The notes under the pieces: generated by a model
Database searches by the model: none
The model's input: only the letters and a program-made list of their open reading frames with translations
What the model was told of the DNA's origin: nothing
Shown: in pieces, positions 59,438-64,000 of the stretch
How the letters are laid out: every line of letters starts with the position of its first letter
Position numbering within the stretch: position 1 is the stretch's first letter
Source of the DNA: the human T2T-CHM13v2.0 reference genome, Homo sapiens
Reading direction: 5' to 3' (one strand)
Assembly (NCBI RefSeq): GCF_009914755.1
Contig: NC_060930.1
DNA: 64,000 nucleotides
Translations under genes and position numbers: made by a program

Positions 59438-60184
59438 GGGCGGCGGGCAATAATAGAAGCACTAAAGTCATAAGCCACCCTGGATATAAATAAGGCACCA
59501 AGAGATAAAAAAAAAAATTATCTGGTCTCTTATTTATTAAATCTCAGCACTTGGTCTGGCCAAAATAGGGTTAGTGGAAAAACTGGTTTTAATTACATTT
59601 TAATCATCAGTGTCTTTCTTCACTATCCACAACTCTATTGGTGGCTTTAAGACCAATGTATTTCAATATCAACCACCCCCCAAAATGGGGCTTAGGGGCA
59701 ACTGGCATTTCTGAACCCCCGCACTAAGTCTTCTCTGCCACAGCGCCACCTCTGGTAAGGAAGACTATCGACTCGCCATAGTTTGGAATGACTGGGCGGG
59801 CGCTGTTCCCCCAATCTTTACACCTTCAGTGTGTCTCATCACCCTGGGGAATATTTGGGGAATGCTGAATCCACAGGATCCCTTACTGCTCACAGAAAGA
59901 GTGTCAACAACACAATGTACTATTTAGAAAGAAAAAGGACTGAAAATATTGAGCCTTTAAACAATCTTCTCTCCCTCCTTGCTGCATGCAGAATGGATTC
60001 CGTCACCTTCCGGGCCCGGCCCTGGGCTCTCACCCATCTTTGTGATCTGATTATCATCCTGTTACAGCAGTGAACTCAATATACCTTGTGTTAAATTAAA
60101 ATAGAAGTGTTTTCCCCACTACAATGCAAATTCCTTGGGAGCAGCAATCACCACTTGCTAGTCTTTATATTCCCATACAAAGAA

Positions 60185-60618
60185 ACTTAGTCCATTTTCT
60201 GTTGCTTATAACAGAATACCTGAAACTGGGTAATTTATAGAGAAAGGGAATTTATTTCTTACAGTTATAAAAGCTGAGAAGTCTAAGGTCAAGGTGCTGC
60301 ATCTGGTGAGGGCCTTCTTGCTGGTGGGGACTCTCTGCAGAATCCCGAGGCAACACAAGTCATCATGTAGTGAGGGGGCTGAGTGTGCTAGCTTACATCT
60401 CTCTTCTTCTGATAAAGCCATCAGTACCGCTCCTATGACAACCCAATTAGTCTATTAACCCACTGATCCATTAATCCATGAATGGATTAACCCATTTATG
60501 AGGGCAGAGCCCTCATGACCCAATAACCTCTTAAAGGCCCCACCTCTCAGTACTGCCACCTTAGAGATTAAGTTTCAACGTAATCTCAATAGAAGAGACA
60601 AACATGCAAACCATAGCA
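60185..60618 (-). mobile_element. MST-type (ERVL-MaLR) LTR
   Basis: cttagtccattttctgttgcttataacagaatacctgaaactgggtaatttata ... caaaccatagca. Confidence 0.8.
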
Positions 60619-60680
60619 GAACCTGCTCAGTAAATGTTTGTTGTACTGAATTATGCTCTCGAAAATATTACCAGATCTGA

Positions 60681-60742
60681 GGCTCATAGATTTAGCCTGA
60701 ATAAATCTACTGGCTCATAAATTTACCCTGAATAAAACTACT
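60681..60742. repeat. 31-bp tandem duplication (3 mismatches)
   Basis: ggctcatagatttagcctgaataaatctact / ggctcataaatttaccctgaataaaactact. Confidence 0.85.
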
Positions 60743-61635
60743 AGAGCATGTGTTTTATTCATGAACTTAATATCCATATTCAGGTACGCACCATTCCTTA
60801 TATAAAATCTGGTATATCAGAATTTTAAGATTTTCAAAAGTTAGTTCCTGTATATTACATAGCATGTTAACACTGTGTACATTTACAAAAAGTGTAAGTA
60901 CAGAAATAAAAACTAGCCTCACATTAGCGAAGATTATGTTTTATGATCAAATAAGCTTGCTGAAAATGTATGAAAAAAAGTCTTTGCTTTCAAAACTTTT
61001 TGGATTTCAGAATAATGAAGAATTGTGGAACTACAGCGGAAGAAAAAATGAGTTACTTCTTTTACATTAAACTTCTATAACTGATTTAATCTTCCTTAAA
61101 AAACATCCTATTTTATTTCTGTACACTTTCATTTTAAAATTACAAGTAATCTATTAAAACATGCTCATTACTTAAAATTCTACCAATGGAGATAAAGCAA
61201 AGTCCTCTTAGATGGCCCCCCTTCTCACCTCAATTTTCTTTCCACAGGAATCCCTTGGCCTCCTGGTTGCTCCACAGGCACTCATCAAGGCACGGAGCAA
61301 CACCTTGTGTTTATAAAGTCCCCTCGCAAAGCACCCTCACCTCATCTTCCCCCATGACCTGTCCTCACTGCATTCCTTGGAGGTCTATAAAGCAAATTGT
61401 GTTATTCTCCATGTTGAGAGATGAGAAAAATTAGAGTTAAGCACATCAAGATTCTTGCTTCCTGTGATAGTGCTAACAAGTGGAAAAGAAGGAAATAGAA
61501 CCCAAATATTCTGACCTTCAGCATTCTTTATGTTTTCTGTCATCACAACCCCAAATTCTGCTATCATGTGTATTCCCAATACCATGTCTGCAGCCAGGGG
61601 TCATTGGTGTATAAACAACTTTTCATCTAAAAGGG

Positions 61636-61940
61636 TGATATGGGTTGGCTCTGTGTCCCCACCCAAATCTCATCTTGTAGCTCCCATAATTCCCACATGT
61701 TGTGGGAGAGACCCAGTGGGAGATGATCGAATCATGGAGGTGGGTTTTTCCCATGCTGCTCTCTTGATAGTGAACGGGTCTCATAAGATCTGATGGTTTT
61801 AAAAACAGGAGTTTCTCTGCACAAGCTTGCTCTTTGCCTGCTGCCATCCACATAAGATGTGACTTTGCTCCTCCTCACCTTCCACCATGATTGTGAGGCT
61901 TCCCCAGCCACGTGGAACTGTGAGTCCAATTAAACCTCTT
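61636..61940 (+). mobile_element. THE1 LTR, interrupted by an L1 insertion
   Basis: THE1 5' end through attaaacctctt, then the L1 poly-T starts abruptly. Confidence 0.9.

Positions 61941-64000
<2,060 letters not shown>

Noticed and set aside
59058-59501. Lys/Glu/Arg-rich and Phe/Leu/Ser-rich ORFs
   Set aside because: Translations of the (GAAA)n repeat

Overview
This is primate (most likely human) genomic DNA, recognised from memory as the chr6p24 BMP6/TXNDC5 locus. The complete 10-exon TXNDC5 (ERp46/EndoPDI) gene lies on the - strand. I resolved every GT-AG junction from the sequence: CDS exons of 263+150+106+97+116+87+144+83+130+123 = 1299 nt, giving 432 aa with a signal peptide, three WCGHC thioredoxin domains and a C-terminal KDEL. 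Its 3'UTR ends tail-to-tail with, and apparently overlaps, a + strand 3' end (BMP6) at about 265-480. A CpG island covers exon 1, and intron 1 carries a perfect UPRE. The 34 kb upstream is repeat-rich: L2s, THE1/MLT1/MST LTRs, Tigger elements, Alus, a full-length dead L1PA nested in an older L1M, and a second L1PA inserted into a THE1 LTR. I found no convincing new multi-gene system. The best leads are: a spliced 111-aa, Arg8-containing alternative-frame ORF starting at a strong-Kozak second AUG of TXNDC5; miRNA seed sites inside the sense/antisense overlap; a tailless Alu fragment with long target-site duplications (TSDs); an unexplained ~220-bp diverged duplication in intron 1; and an L1 antisense promoter pointing at TXNDC5. 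Repeat subfamily names come from recalled consensus sequences, not from a search.
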